A stretch of 40,751 nucleotides of DNA from Octopus bimaculoides (GCF_001194135.2 NC_068985.1:23053208-23093958); one strand, 5' to 3'; shown: positions 22,701-35,476, counted from the first letter of the stretch. Program-made: numbers and translations. Notes: a model not told the origin generated them from the letters alone.

Positions 22701-22989
22701 CTTACTAGATCCATACTGAATTTTCCACTCTTCTTATTATGTATTTACATATATTTCATCTTCTTATACATTGTTGTTATGTAACATGCCCTTTAATTTT
22801 TGCTTACATTCACATGTTTATGTTTGTACATCCTTATGTGCCTCTGTGTGTGTGTGTGTGTGTGTTTAAGCATGTATCTATGTTTACATGTACTTGTGTA
22901 CATATAGAGCAATATAGGTACCTGCAACTGTTATTATACATTGTGTATGTCTAGATGTATTCATAGGTATAAATTTCTGGATATACTTG

Positions 22990-23209
22990 TGTAGGGGTCG
23001 CCTGACTGGCCTTCATGCGGGTGACACGTAAAAGCACCCACTACACTCTCTGAGTCGTTGGCGTTAGGAAGGGCATCCATCTGTAGAAACTCTGCCAAAT
23101 CAGATTGGAGCCTGGTGTAGCCATCCAGTTTCACCAGTCCTCAGTCAAATCGTCCAACCCATGCTAGCATGGAAGGCGGATGTTAAACGATGATGATGAT
23201 GATGATGAT
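22990..23209 (+). mobile_element. RTE 3' end / (GAT)n-tail repeat
   Basis: CACGTAAAAGCACCCACTACACTCTC...CCAACCCATGCTAGCATGGAAGGCGGATGTTAAACGATGATG. Confidence 0.8.
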
Positions 23210-23235
23210 ATGCACACATACTTATATGTGTCCAT

Positions 23236-24000
23236 ACATATATACACATGTATTTACAAGGTGTTCAGGCTAAATTTGATGAATTTCATGTCGCCTTTTT
23301 TCAGGAACGGCTTGATGTGTTGGTGAAAAGTAAGAGGCATTAATCAGTATAAAGATAAAATTGTAGTTGAGAAAAAGTTAGCTGACAGGGACAGGAAGCC
23401 AACTGAATATTGGAAGAGAGTTACCTGTAACATGATGATTCGCAATGAGTATTAAAATGCTGACCTTCATAACTGCTGCTCAATGCTTTGTGAACATTGT
23501 AAGGGTTGTGACATGAACAGCCGTAACAGACTATGAAACCATGGCCAGCAGGAAGGAACACTGCAGGCATTTTAACTACATCTGCATGCCGGAATTCCAC
23601 ACCTTTGAACAGGGCCTTAGGCTCAATTCTGACTGCTATGTGAAACTGCTGGAGAGGGTTGCTGCTGAAAGCTATATGTGTGGCAGTAGGATTCACTTTC
23701 TTGCTATTCCTCTGGAAAGAGTCAGAAGTAGTTGTTGGAGAATTTTTATAACTTCACCAGCCCCGTTTCTGGGCTCCTAATTTTCCCAATTGTAATCCCA
23801 TGGATTACTATGTGTAGGGTGCAGTTGAGAAAGACACCAACCACTCTACCTGCAACACCAAGACTAAGCTGGTGGCCAAGATCAAGGAGCTGTTTGAGGA
23901 TCTTCCCACAAACACAGTCACAAATGCATCTACTAGGTTTTGGAGCTGTCTTGTGGTTGTGGTGGAAGCTGAGGGTGGCTACGTGGAGTAAACTATTATC
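23236..24000 (+). mobile_element. DD37D (maT / Bmmar1-like) transposon relic
   Basis: WQ*DSLSCYSSGKSQK*LLENFYNFTSP.FWAPNFPNCNPMD gives 37 residues between the second and third catalytic D after restoring one 1-nt frameshift. Same family as 7760..8630. Confidence 0.65.
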
Positions 24001-24989
24001 TCACAACTATAATCTGGTTAATATTTTTTGACATTTTAAGATGTTTTTGTTTTTGAATGGGATATTGTGTTTTCTTTTTCTTTTATGCAAATTGATAAAT
24101 TTAGCCTAACACCCTATATGGCTGTGTGTGTATACATACATATGTGTGTAAGTATACATGTGTGTATCTGTATACACATACACAATATTCTTTGTGTACA
24201 TATGTGCATAAGGAATATAACATTTGAGCACATTTTTATATTCTTGTGTACCAACATATATGCTGCATTCTTTGTGTGGATGCAATTGCATAAAAACTAT
24301 ATGTACTTGTGAATATGTGTGTGTGTATTCATATATGTATGAATGTATGTATAAATATGCATGTGAGTGGATATATGAGCTTTATACTCTCTTATTTACA
24401 AATATGTATGCATCTTTGTATGTCTGTGGAGACAGTATAGCTAAATGGTTAAAAAGTTCATTTCACATTCAATTGTCAAATATGCACACTTCATTTGGTC
24501 AAATTCTAACCCTATATCAGCAGAAAATGTCACTAAAACCAGCTATTTCTCAGTATTATAAATATTTCTAGTGTAGATCTCTAAATTGTCTTCAAAGAAA
24601 TTAAAGTTATATTGGTATCTCTTGTTGTAGACTCTAACATACATCCACTAGATATTTCTAAAAGAAATGACAGTAGATTTAGTGCCAAAAATAAACAGAA
24701 CTGACAACTTTCTTTGGAATATGTTTGTTTTTCCTGAAGATTTTTGAAAGTTTTTTTTTTCACTCGCAGAATTTAAGCTGGTTACTAATAAAATGACAAA
24801 GATCTTTTTATATACGAGACGCATTCTGGCTTTATTTTTTCCTATCAAAACTAGTGCTACATGGGCAAAATCCTTTGAGTGAGACATGATAGCACTCTTC
24901 CTCTGCATGTATGACAAAATGCTTAGAGTACAGATGTATAGCAGACTCATCAGATTTTCGTCTCCACTCAAGATAACCAGACACATTGA

Positions 24990-25583
24990 GCAGAGACCAT
25001 GAACATATGTCTTATTTCCAGTGGTGATGGTTTTCACAGTCTAGCATGTCCATATGAAGTTGCTTCTGCTGCTCCACTAGCACCTTGTGGTCGAATTTCG
25101 CTGACATGCTCTGCATGCACAAATCCTCCATTAAAATGGAATGCACTGATCTTGTGCATATTCCTACTTTGTGAGAATTGTCACATGATGGTTTTCCATG
25201 ACTATTCACTGAACCTTCTCAGATGGCTCCTTGTTTTGGCTTGTGGACGGCCTGCTTGAGTGCAACCATGTTTGAAGCAGTTGTACCACGCCTTGATCTG
25301 AGTTTTTCCCATGGTATCATCACCAAAAGCTTGCTGAATCTTCTGGATGGTCTTGACCAAACTTGATGCAATATCTCTGATCAATGCGTTTGGTGAAAAT
25401 GAAAATCCAACAAACGTGAACTACACATCTGTACTCTAGGTGTAACAGCCAGGAAATGATGAAAACTACCAGCATGAAAATTTTCATGCATACACAAGAA
25501 GGTTGATGTTACCTTTTGTCCATGCAGCATTAGTTTTGATGGGAAAAAATAAAAGTTAGATACTTTTTGAATGTTCCTCATAT
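24990..25583 (-). mobile_element. mariner transposon 5' fragment
   Basis: TIR-like end GAGGAACATTCAAAAAGTATC near 25580, and HTH-region remnants TIQKIQQAFGDDTMGKTQIKAWYNCFK..GRP and MEDLCMQSMSAKF. Confidence 0.7.
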
Positions 25584-25643
25584 ATATGCAGTTAGTTGTA
25601 TACCTTTTTGATGATATTATTTTCTGTTTTGTTTTTATTACAG

Positions 25644-25770
25644 GATTGAGAAAGTGGAATTTCTCGACGAGCATGAACTGTTACAGCAGCTGCTATCTCA
25701 TTATTGTATCACTTATGCGTACAAAGATCCCAACAAGATTGGCCTTTGCAATGTGAATTTCTCTCCTTGA
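25644..25770 (+). CDS. LCMT1: LCMT1 coding exon 6 (terminal, stop TGA at 25768..25770)
   Basis: TTACAG| (R)IEKVEFLDEHELLQQLLSHYCITYAYKDPNKIGLCNVNFSP*, matching LCMT1 RIE.LEFLDE.ELL.QL..HYC. The six exons sum to 948 nt, or 315 aa. Confidence 0.95.
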
Positions 25771-26680
25771 ATGCTGACTCACCATTACAAGCAATACAGA
25801 AAGGGCTGCAGTTTGGAATTTGAGTTTCTTTTCGAGTGTTTTTTTTTTTTCTGTGATTTTTTTTTTTTTTCAATTTTGGAAGATTCTTTTGTACCATTAA
25901 GAATTTGTTCTTCCCCACAAAGTTGAATTATTATATAAATACTTACATAATGAAAATAACAATTAAAATTTATTATGTAAGTATATACTTACACACACAT
26001 CTGTATATTTTTCGTCATATTATATAATATAATATATTAATGTATGTGATATTGTTGATGTGTGTTGTACTTTTACATGAAATATACATCAGTTCTGAAA
26101 TGATGATGTCTGGAAATTTTAGCAAGCCTATTTATGAAAACTAAATTTTTACATTTATTTGGATTTTAAAAATTTATTTTATCTTAATATGATTTAAAAA
26201 TCCAAAAGACTGTTATGAATGAATTAAATTTTTATTATAATTATAGTATATTATGCTAATGAGAATATTTTTTTCAGAATATTTTCCACTGATGTCTGTA
26301 CTTTCTTTTTCTCTTTGATATTTAAAATTAAAACTATCTGATGTTGATCTGCAAAGATGGTTAAATTCTTCTGAATAGCTTTATTTCAGTTTTGCTTTTT
26401 TTTTTTTGTGTGTTTGTGTATGTGTGTATGATTATTTGTTTTTGTTTTTGTTTTTGATTTTTCTTTATTTGTTTCAAAAGTATTATTTTTTTTTTCTTCT
26501 CTGTTAAAGAATTAACAATGACTGTTGAATGTGTGCCAACTAAGATTCATTTCTGTCCAAAGACACAGGCAAGACTACAATCAGAACTGGTGTAGAGAGA
26601 AAATGTCTCCTATTTATGGAGAAAGTTTTATCAACTAGAAATATAGTTCATGAAACTAATGTTGTCATTGTTTTTTCATG

Positions 26681-26686
26681 AATAAA
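26681..26686 (+). terminator. candidate LCMT1 polyadenylation signal AATAAA
   Basis: First canonical AATAAA I noticed downstream of the stop, about 0.9 kb into an AT/U-rich putative 3' UTR. Not verifiable without transcript data. Confidence 0.25.
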
Positions 26687-27553
26687 ATCACTTGCAAGTG
26701 TTTGTCTTTCCTATCATTTTCTTTTCAAACTATTTCTTATCATCATCCTCACCATCATTTTTGTTTTAACATTTCCTTTTTCTATGCTTGCATGACTCAG
26801 ATGCAATTTGTTGAAGTGGATTTTTTTACAACTGAATGCTCTTCCAATCACCAACCTCCATCTGATACAAACACACACATATGTGCTCACACACACACAC
26901 CAGGAATGTGCACATACCAAATGCATGTGCTTGCACCAGATACATGCATGCATACACAGTAGATACAAATGCACAAATATACACATTTGTACATACACAC
27001 ATGTACCATATACACACACTCACACATCAAGTACACATGCATACATTCACCAATGAACTGATGTTGCCAGTACACAAACACTCCTATATATGCACACATG
27101 TATGCACAGATACACACACATACTACATACACACACTCATATACCATTATTTGCAGGGGCACACACACACACCAGACCAAAGCTCTCTTCCTAGACAGTG
27201 TTTCCACCAACATCCTATCCTAGCATGTGGTCCTAGAAATTCAGAATGGGAATTGATGTTGCTACTAAATTGATAACACCATATGATCTGCATTCACCAA
27301 CAGCAGCCCAGTATCCAGAAGCTATCTTGGACTTGCCTCATTTTGTTTCTATGAACCTGATGAGTTAGGGTCGTTTGATTAGCTTATGAAACTTAAGTTG
27401 CATGGATCCAAATCAAACTGTTATTAAATAATGTGCATGTGTGTGTGTAGTCGAAGTTTCACTGGTTTCCTTAGACTGTGAATTCTGAAGTTGTAGATAT
27501 CAGTTATATGCTTAAAATAATTTGTTTTCTGTCAAAGTTTCTTTCTGGTTTTA

Positions 27554-28750
27554 TGAGGTGATATCAAAAAGTTCCCAGACTAGTTTTGTAGCACACTAAC
27601 AGATGGCAGCACAGTTGTGTGTGCAGTGAGAGCTAGCAGTGTGCCGAGTGACATTACTGTGTTTACTTTGCAAGTGGTGAAATTTGTGTTTTTGTGATCA
27701 CATGTATGCTGTAGTCTGTGATTTTGTCATAGACAGGAAGAAAGAGCTAATGTGAAATTTTGCATTAAATTTGAGAAGTCTGCTACAGGGGCATTGAGCA
27801 TGCTTCAGCAAGCTTACGGCAACAAGGCAATGGGTTTTATGCAATGTTTTGAGTGGCATAAGCACTTCAAAGGAAGCAGAACATCCTTGGTTGACAATGA
27901 GCAATCTGGAAGACCTTCCATAAGCATCACCCCCAAAAATGTGGAGAAAATTCATGAGGATTGTTGGAGGACAATCAATGACATTGCTGATATTGTTAGT
28001 CCATGCAAGCAATCCTAACGTCTAAATTGAACATGAGGTGTGTCTCTGCCAAGTTTGACCCCTCACCTGCTGACCACTAAGCAGAAAGAACAACATGCTG
28101 CTGATAACTCATCCTTCATGTCAAGGATCATCACTATTGATGAGAACTGAGTCTATGAGTATGACCCTGAGACAGCAGCAGTCATTACAGTGCAAGAGCC
28201 TTTCATCTCCACGACCAAAGAAAGCATGACAGCTGCAGCTCACTTAAGAGCATGCTCATTGTTTTTTGACAACATCCAAGTATTGTGCATTGAGAATTTG
28301 TCCCCCAGGGCCAGACCATCACTTGAGAGTTCTGCTGTGATTTTTTGAAGTGTGTGAGGGAGGACATTCAATGAAAGCGACCAAATCTGTGGAGTGTGAA
28401 GAATTGGATTCTTCACAATGACGATACACCGTGTCACTGAGTTCTCCTCACTAAAGACAACTTGTCACTCCCCAGATTTAACTCCTGCGGACTTCCATTT
28501 CTTCCCCAAGATGAAAAGGCAGCTCAAAGGTCACCATTTTAACACTGATCCAGAGCAAATCACCGAAGGTCCTCGGCTTGCTTATGGAAAACAACTTCCA
28601 GGTCTGATTCCAAAAGTGGCAGGAATTCTGGGACCGGTGTATTGCTGCACAAGGTGATTATTTCGAAGAAGATTATCTTAAAACTTAAGATAATAAGTTG
28701 TTTTTTTTTATTGAACATAACTAGTCCAGGAACTTTTTGATATCACCTTA
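27554..28750 (+). mobile_element. near full-length mariner element with TIRs and TA TSD; transposase pseudogenised
   Basis: TIRs T(G/A)AGGTGATATCAAAAAGTTCC..GACTAG at both ends, flanked by TA (27552..27553 and 28751..28752). Remnants KFCIKFEKSA..EWHKHFK..SGRPS, YEYDPET, SPDLTPADFHFFPKMKRQLKG. Confidence 0.9.
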
Positions 28751-30509
28751 TAGAGTGGTTCTGCAGAAGTACAAATGACTAGCCAGGGACAAAACTGAGT
28801 CACATGATTGAAACATTAAAATCACCTGCTACTATGTATTGTGTACTCCTAACATTTAAAGAATGACTAATGGGTGTGATAATGGCAGTAATTTCCAAGA
28901 AAATACAGCCAATACATCAAATTTATTTCTCTTTTGAAATGACTTTCAAACGCAGTCAGTCATACCCATGATTCAAAGCCATTCACTATTTATTTTGTTT
29001 ATTCCAATTCAAGTTTTCAAAGTAATGGCAGACAAATTACCTTACAAAATGTAAACAAAGGAGAACAACCTGAAAACTCTAGTGTTTCCACCAGGTGATA
29101 TTTAAACAGAATTTTAAAAACTTAATATTTCTGAATTTACCTGTACTTACCTGCAATTTGATTAGTCTTCAAACAAAAATTCCACAATACAAGTATATTA
29201 GATTTTTCATTAAGTTGCATGCAAAAACCACTTCAATATAACATTAAATAAAAACAGTTCTCAATTATTAAAACCAGGTTTAAATTAATGAACATTTTAG
29301 AATTTCATGGGGTTTGTATTTTAGTTTAAAATATAACAGAGGTGTTAGGGTTTTTTAATGGGAAAATTGTGAAGTTTCAAAATGATTTGAATATGTAAAA
29401 CTTTATAGGGGAGTGGGGGGTAACAAATATCAGGCAAAAACAAGTTAAAAAATTATTTTTTCAAAGAGGGGCCTGCCAAAATTAAGGTGCGTCTTATAAG
29501 CTGTCAAATATAATATATTAGCATACATTACATTATGCAAACATATGGGCCCTCTTCTACATTATAAATAGTTTGTTTTAAAAGAAAGTGTTTATTTATT
29601 TGCTGAGTCTGGAGGACAGAGCAATGCCCTTGGCCTTCACAGGAGTTTTGAGATCAGTATGGTCGATATCATTAACATTCCACTTAAATTGTTGTAACCT
29701 GAACCTCCTGCAAGAAAGACATGAGCAAAAAGGGAGTTACAGAGGGTTGACATTTTGAGGAGGGAAAATTATGAAAATAGTGAAAAGCCTGGGGAATTGG
29801 ACACAAGGTGGGTGAGAAGAAGAAAAATGAGCAAGTCTGGAATACTTCAAGGTAAGAGGCATAAAATCAGTTAGCTCCAAGAGGAAGAAGCTATTAGAGT
29901 ATCTTTAGAAAAGGCAGAGAAAGGAGATGGCATATTTGTGAGCAAGAAATTGGAGCATGTCTATGTGTGACTTTATGCCAATCAGTTGTGTGACCGTCCT
30001 CTGAATATAGTTTAGTATTTCTGTGTGCTGCACAAATACTATCTCCAGTGTGGGAACTACGTTATGGGTCTCGCTCAGCTTTGTAAATAACTATCAATAA
30101 CTGTTAGGGTCTGAAATATATTTAAGCCATGAAGAGAAGGGCTAGTCTTTATTGGTGTGAGCCTAGCTATGCTAAAGATGTGCTTTCATCATGAGAGATC
30201 CTTGATGATAGTGAGGCCTAATATTCGGACCAATAATGAAGAATCTACATGTGTACTGCTCATGTTTAAGGGATGTAAAAAATTCAATGTTTTCTTGATA
30301 TAAGCAGAGCTTTTTTTGTTTATTTTTTCCGTTGGACGAGACAAAATTATTATGGCTATATTAGATAATGATTTAGAGGTCTCTATCCATGGAATCAACA
30401 CAGGTTTGGCAAATGGTGTTTAGGCTGCAATATTGTAATATAATCTATTATTAAAACAAAAAAATGAAGTTGTTAAAGGCAATCTTAAGACAATGAGTAA
30501 TTTTCCTCC

Positions 30510-30766
30510 TGTGCAGGTGGCACGTAAAAGACACCATTTTGAGCGTGGCTTTTGCCAGTACCATGTGGCTGGCCCTCATGCCGGTGGCACATAAAAAGCA
30601 CCCACTACACTCTCGGAGTGGTTGGCGTTAGGAAGGGCATCCAGCTGCAGAAACTCTGCCAGATCAGATTGGAGCCTGGTGCAGCCTTCTGGCTTGCCAG
30701 TCCTCAGTCAAATCGTCCAACCCATGCTAGCATGGAAAGCAGATGTTAAACGATGATGATGATGAT
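30510..30766 (+). mobile_element. RTE 3' UTR / (GAT)n-tail repeat
   Basis: Same sequence family as 9010..9443, ending GCAGATGTTAAACGATGATGATG. Confidence 0.8.
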
Positions 30767-31193
30767 TGTACAAACCAGTGATATTATCTTCAACTTTTCT
30801 CTGGGAAACGAAGGACAATAGATGTTCATATTCCAATAATTTTAGTGGGTGAAGAGGGAGGGAATATTAAGTTTTACTATGTGTTACACAAACCCATATG
30901 CAAAGAAAGGCACAATTAAGATTTTAATTAATAAGTCACACTTCGATAACTTTGTGAGTGTGAAGATGTATGGTTGCTCCGAAAGGAGACTTTTGAGCCC
31001 ATAGCTGACATTGTATCAGGAAAACTGGATTAAATTTATGCAAATTTATCCAGATAAAGTGCATATATAATATTATGCATACAACTGTAAGGAGATATAA
31101 ATATACATGCAAAATCCACTAATAATATTGTGTTTGATTTTATGCAAATTTCTGTGATAATCATGTGGGTGTGCTTTGTTTTCAAATAGAGAA

Positions 31194-31359
31194 CAGGACT
31201 GGCTCAAGGTACCGACAACTCAGGCATTTGCCCGGGGTGCTATGTTTTAGGTGGTACCAAGGAGGGCGTGACAAAGACAAGGAAATTTCCACAACCAACA
31301 ACTTGTGCATGCCGAAGTCCAGCTTGCCTGGGGTGGCAGCAACCCGAGGGCCAGTCCTG
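31194..31359. mobile_element. hAT-type MITE (166 bp) with 8-bp TSD
   Basis: TIRs CAGGACTGGCTC and (reverse complement) CAGGACTGGCCC. Flanks ATAGAGAA (31186..31193) and ATAGGGAA (31360..31367). Confidence 0.85.
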
Positions 31360-32977
31360 ATAGGGAAAAGCTCGATACATAAAGCAACATATGTATATAA
31401 AACCTGAGATTACTACTAGATCTACTCAAACCAAGAATTTTGTCAATATAATTTTCAAAGTTTTGATACGAAACTATAGCTTCTTGTACAACTCCACTCA
31501 TATTCTCTACTAATAAAATAATAATAATAATTATGATTATTATTATTATTTTATTATTATCATACATGCATACATACTTACTGTGTGTGTGTGTGTGTGT
31601 GTATTATCTCTTACAGCCTACAAAGACATTTTATTTGTGAATGAAGTTGCAATTTTTTAATTTTCTCTACCAAAATGGAAAAAAAAAGATGATTATCTTC
31701 AAGACATGATTCTCTTTTCAATGTTATTCAAATGAAACAAGAATAGCTTAGCTTAGCAATTGGTATTTCCACCTATAGGACAAAGAACTGAAACTGTTTC
31801 TTCAGGAAGGCAATTTAATAGCAATATCAATAATAACACCAATAACAATATTAACAATAATAATCATAGCATTTAACAAGTATAGGCATATATTATCATT
31901 TCTGAGCAGACACATAACAAAGTGCATAATTTTATTCTAAATTTTAAAATAACTTTTTAGTTATTAACACAAAATATTCAAAATTACATATTTAATAATT
32001 TCAACAACAATTTTATTTGTATTTTATATCCATTTATTCATATTTTTAACGAAAGTTTTGTTTTTCATCAAGATCTAAAATAAAAATTGTTTTCCCACTT
32101 GGGACGAAAAAGGTTTTATGTTAGCTATGAAATGCATTGATAATGAATTACCTCCCTTGCACTCAAAACGTCATAGATTTGCAGTTACGTACCTTGCTAA
32201 TTTGTAAAACTTATAGTTGTTCATCAGGATTGTCTGTGTAAATACAGATACAGTGTTACATATATATATATATATAAAATATACATATAGGCATATATAC
32301 ATACGTGTATGTACATACATCTGTACGTATATATATGTGAGGGCTCCAAATGCCTTCAGAATTTTACTCCATCACGTGACCTTATAAGGGGCCGTGATTG
32401 GTCAGTTCGCGTTCTGGCGGGAACGGTTCGAAGAAGTTGCCGATTCGAATAATGATCAGTCACGTGATGGACAAGGAATGGGTTCTCTACTACGCTCGCA
32501 TTTATTTATATTTAAATGAGAAGATTGTATGTAATGGCGATAGTAGTTTGTATCTAATGGCGGGAGGTAGTTTCACTACATATATATATATAAGCAATGT
32601 TAATTCTCTAAATGAAGTGTTAACAGTAACTACACTTTATATNNNNNNNNNNNNNNNNNNNNNNNNNNNNNNNNNNNNNNNNNNNNNNNNNNNNNNNNNN
32701 NNNNNNNNNNNNNNNNNNNNNNNNNNNNNNNNNNNNNNNNNNNNNNNNNNNNNNNNNNNNNNNNNNNNNNNNNNNNNNNNNNNNNNNNNNNNNNNNNNNN
32801 NNNNNNNNNNNNNNNNNNNNNNNNNNNNNNNGGCACAGGACGTCATGAAACGTGTACAACAAAGAAATATGAAGTACAAGTACATGAAATATGAACTATT
32901 TTTTCGAACAACGAAAGACACAAATGGAAAACAAGACAAACAGCACAAAGAACTGTTGTTGGTTGTTTTTATATATA

Positions 32978-33015
<38 letters not shown>

Positions 33016-33352
33016 ATGAGAGAGAGAGAGTAAAAGTATCCACATTTTTGAGATTTGGTGCAAAGCCATCTGCAATTATTTTCCATTTTTTTTATGGCTA
33101 GGGCAGCATTCATGACCTTCTTTCATTGCTTTCAAGACTGGTGAGGGCTCTTAAAGCCTGGATGAAATTGTCGTTAATTAATTATATTTGTTAAGAATTT
33201 TAAATGTCTCAATTACTATACAAGAAAAAAAAAACCTACAAAGATATACTAAACATATTTCGATGAGACTGTCTACTCTACAATGTTCTGCAGTGTTCAA
33301 CAAGGTTTATGGAAAATTTTGGTAGAGATATTGTTATATTGCGGGACAGTCA

Positions 33353-33400
<48 letters not shown>

Positions 33401-33570
33401 ATGACCATCTCGAACTATAACAATATCTGATATCTGAGAAAGATGTTATTCTAGAATTAATACAGCTTAATATTATCAAGTGTTCTCAAAAGTATTGGTC
33501 AGTACATATTTATTTTAAAAATGAAAGCAGTTGATCCAATTACTAACAATCCTGTCATTGCAACCAACAG

Positions 33571-33990
33571 GCTGGCAGAAACGTTAGCACACCGGATGAA
33601 ATGCTTAGCGATATTTTGTCTGCCGTTACGTTCTGAGTTCAAATTCCACCGAGGTCGACTTTGCCTTTTATCCTTTTGGGGTCGATAAAGTTACACACTG
33701 GGGTTGATGTAATCAACTTAATCCCTTTGTCTGTCCTTTGTTTGTCCCCTCTATGTTTAGCCCCTTGTGGGCAATAAAGAAATAAGAATCATTAGCATGT
33801 TGGGTAAAATGCTTAGTGGCATTTCACCCATTGCTACATTCTAAGTTCAAGTTCTGTTGAGGTCAACTTTGCCTTTCATCCTTTCAGCATTGATAAACTA
33901 AGTACCAGTGAAACATTGGGGGGTCAATGTAATCGACTAATCCCCTCCCTACAAATTTCAAGCCTTGTGCCTCCAGTAGAAAGGATTATT
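33571..33990 (+). mobile_element. two tandem SINE copies with a GTCGACTTTGCCTTTCATCC core
   Basis: Shared GCTGGCAGAA..AAATGCTTAG..GAGTTCAAATT..GAGGTCGACTTTGCCTTT(C)ATCC. Further copies at about 36409..36590, 36597..36800, 35905..36110 and 12500..12625. The core resembles the MetaSINE domain as I recall it. Confidence 0.75.
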
Positions 33991-34275
33991 ATTATTGTTG
34001 TTGCTGTTGTTGTTGTTATATAGTTGGCTTTTGCTTTCCATTCGTATAACTTGACTCCAAGTCTCACCCACAGACCCCAAGAGACAATAAGTTAGAAGTT
34101 GGTGTTATGACTAGGGTGCCATATTTTTGGTTTTGCAGAAAGTAGTGTTCTAGAGAATGTCTGTGAAAACATAAGAAAACTACAAGTTTGTTCTAAAAGT
34201 AATTTGATTGTAAGATGATAGTGTGATGTTAAGATGACAGTAGAAGATGTTTGCTATTATGTACATTTAAAAGTA

Positions 34276-34660
34276 GTGGAGGTGCAATGGCCCAGTGGTT
34301 AGGGCAGCGGTCTCTCAGTCATAGGATTGCGGTTTCGATTCCCAGACCGGGCGTTGTGAGTGTTTATTGAGCGAAAGCTTCACGAGGCTCCGGCAGGGGA
34401 TGGTGGCGAACCCTGCTGTACTCTTTCACCACAACTTTCCCTCACTCTTACTTCCTGTTTCTGTTGTACCTGTAATTCAAAGGGTCAGCCTTGTCACACT
34501 GTGTCATGCTGAATATCCCCAAGAACTACGTTAAGGGTACACGTGTCTGTGGAGTGCTCATCCACTTGCACGTTAATTTCATGAGCAGGCTGTTCTGTTG
34601 ATCGGATCAACCGGAACCCTCGACGTCGTAAGTGATGGAGTGCCAACAACAACAACAACA
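34276..34660 (+). mobile_element. tRNA-derived SINE with (CAA)n tail and 13-bp TSD
   Basis: A-box TGGCCCAGTGG, B-box GGTTTCGATTCC. ACATTTAAAAGTA is duplicated at 34263..34275 and 34661..34673. Confidence 0.9.
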
Positions 34661-34720
34661 ACATTTAAAAGTATCTTGACACTGTTTACAAATTAAAGTG
34701 TTTTGGGGATTACATAGACT

Positions 34721-34910
34721 ATTATTATTATTATTATTCATATACAAACAGATTAGACTGTTGGAAATGAAAAATTCCTAACATCAGGCTACAACAAGTA
34801 ACCTTAGATGCCAAGAACCCTGCTAAGTATCCTAGTTGTTTCTAATAACACTGTTTTCCAGAGCTGTACTAAATTGGGTTTTATGCCTATTTCTTCTAAC
34901 CATTTGTTCA
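34721..34910 (-). mobile_element. R4/Dong-like LINE 3' end (copy D) with (TAA)n tail
   Basis: LNKWLEEIGIKPNLVQLWKTVLLETTRILSRVLGI*, then a short UTR and (TAA)n. Confidence 0.65.
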
Positions 34911-34912
34911 GA

Positions 34913-34943
34913 ATTATTATTATTATTATTATTCATTTTGTTG

Positions 34944-34983
<40 letters not shown>

Positions 34984-35179
34984 TTTTGTCAGAGATATCA
35001 CAGAGTCTCTTTCCACAAATTATAAGGTTTGGTATTTGGATGTTAAGTATTGTGAAAGATATTCAACACTCAAGCACCAATCTCAAAATCCAAGCTGTCC
35101 TCAGTAGAGCAGTTTTTCAGGCATGCTCTGTCCTCATGTCAATTCCAATTTCTCTGACATACTTATTTCTTGAACTTGT
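34913..35179 (-). mobile_element. R4/Dong-like LINE 3' end (copy C) with (TAA)n tail
   Basis: NKYVREIGIDMRTEHA*KTALLRTAWILRLVLEC*, then UTR and (TAA)n. Confidence 0.65.
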
Positions 35180-35192
35180 ATTATTCTTATCA

Positions 35193-35223
<31 letters not shown>

Positions 35224-35476
35224 TACTATTATTATTATTATTCAGTAGTTTTATTTTTATAACGTGCTTTCACTTCACTACCGAGTGCAGCTCTGTGTGC
35301 CTTGGGTATGTGCTGTGGTTTGCTGTGATGCTCTTATGGTTACTGTATTGAAAGTGTTTTGCGTAGGATGTGTGCAGTGCCCAGTAGTGCAATTTTCTGT
35401 ATGTTACATATATTTGTAAGTCCTGGTGTTTTTGTTATGTATTTGTCTGAATATTTTTTTATTATGCCTAAGGCGC
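35180..35476 (-). mobile_element. R4/Dong-like LINE 3' end (copy B) with (TAA)n tail
   Basis: ALGIIKKYSDKYITKTPGLTNICNIQKIALLGTAHILRKTLSIQ*, then UTR and (TAA)n. Confidence 0.8.

Noticed and set aside
30189-30401. 70-aa minus-strand ORF and neighbouring non-repetitive sequence
   Set aside because: No recognisable homology or consistent splice sites. Possibly an eroded transposon, but unsupported.
32398-33113. Longest ORFs in the track (211 aa +, 158 aa -)
   Set aside because: They are inflated by a run of about 190 Ns and by (TG)n/(AG)n repeats, with no recognisable domain.
33355-33400. Long poly(T) as a possible retrocopy tail (also poly(A) at about 1719..1747)
   Set aside because: No adjacent canonical polyadenylation signal, TSD or recognisable processed gene was found. 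Treated as mononucleotide runs.
34276-34350. tRNA-like sequences (also the SINE heads at 13630 and 15507)
   Set aside because: They have A/B boxes but no complete cloverleaf, and they are attached to SINE bodies, tails and a TSD, so they are not tRNA genes.
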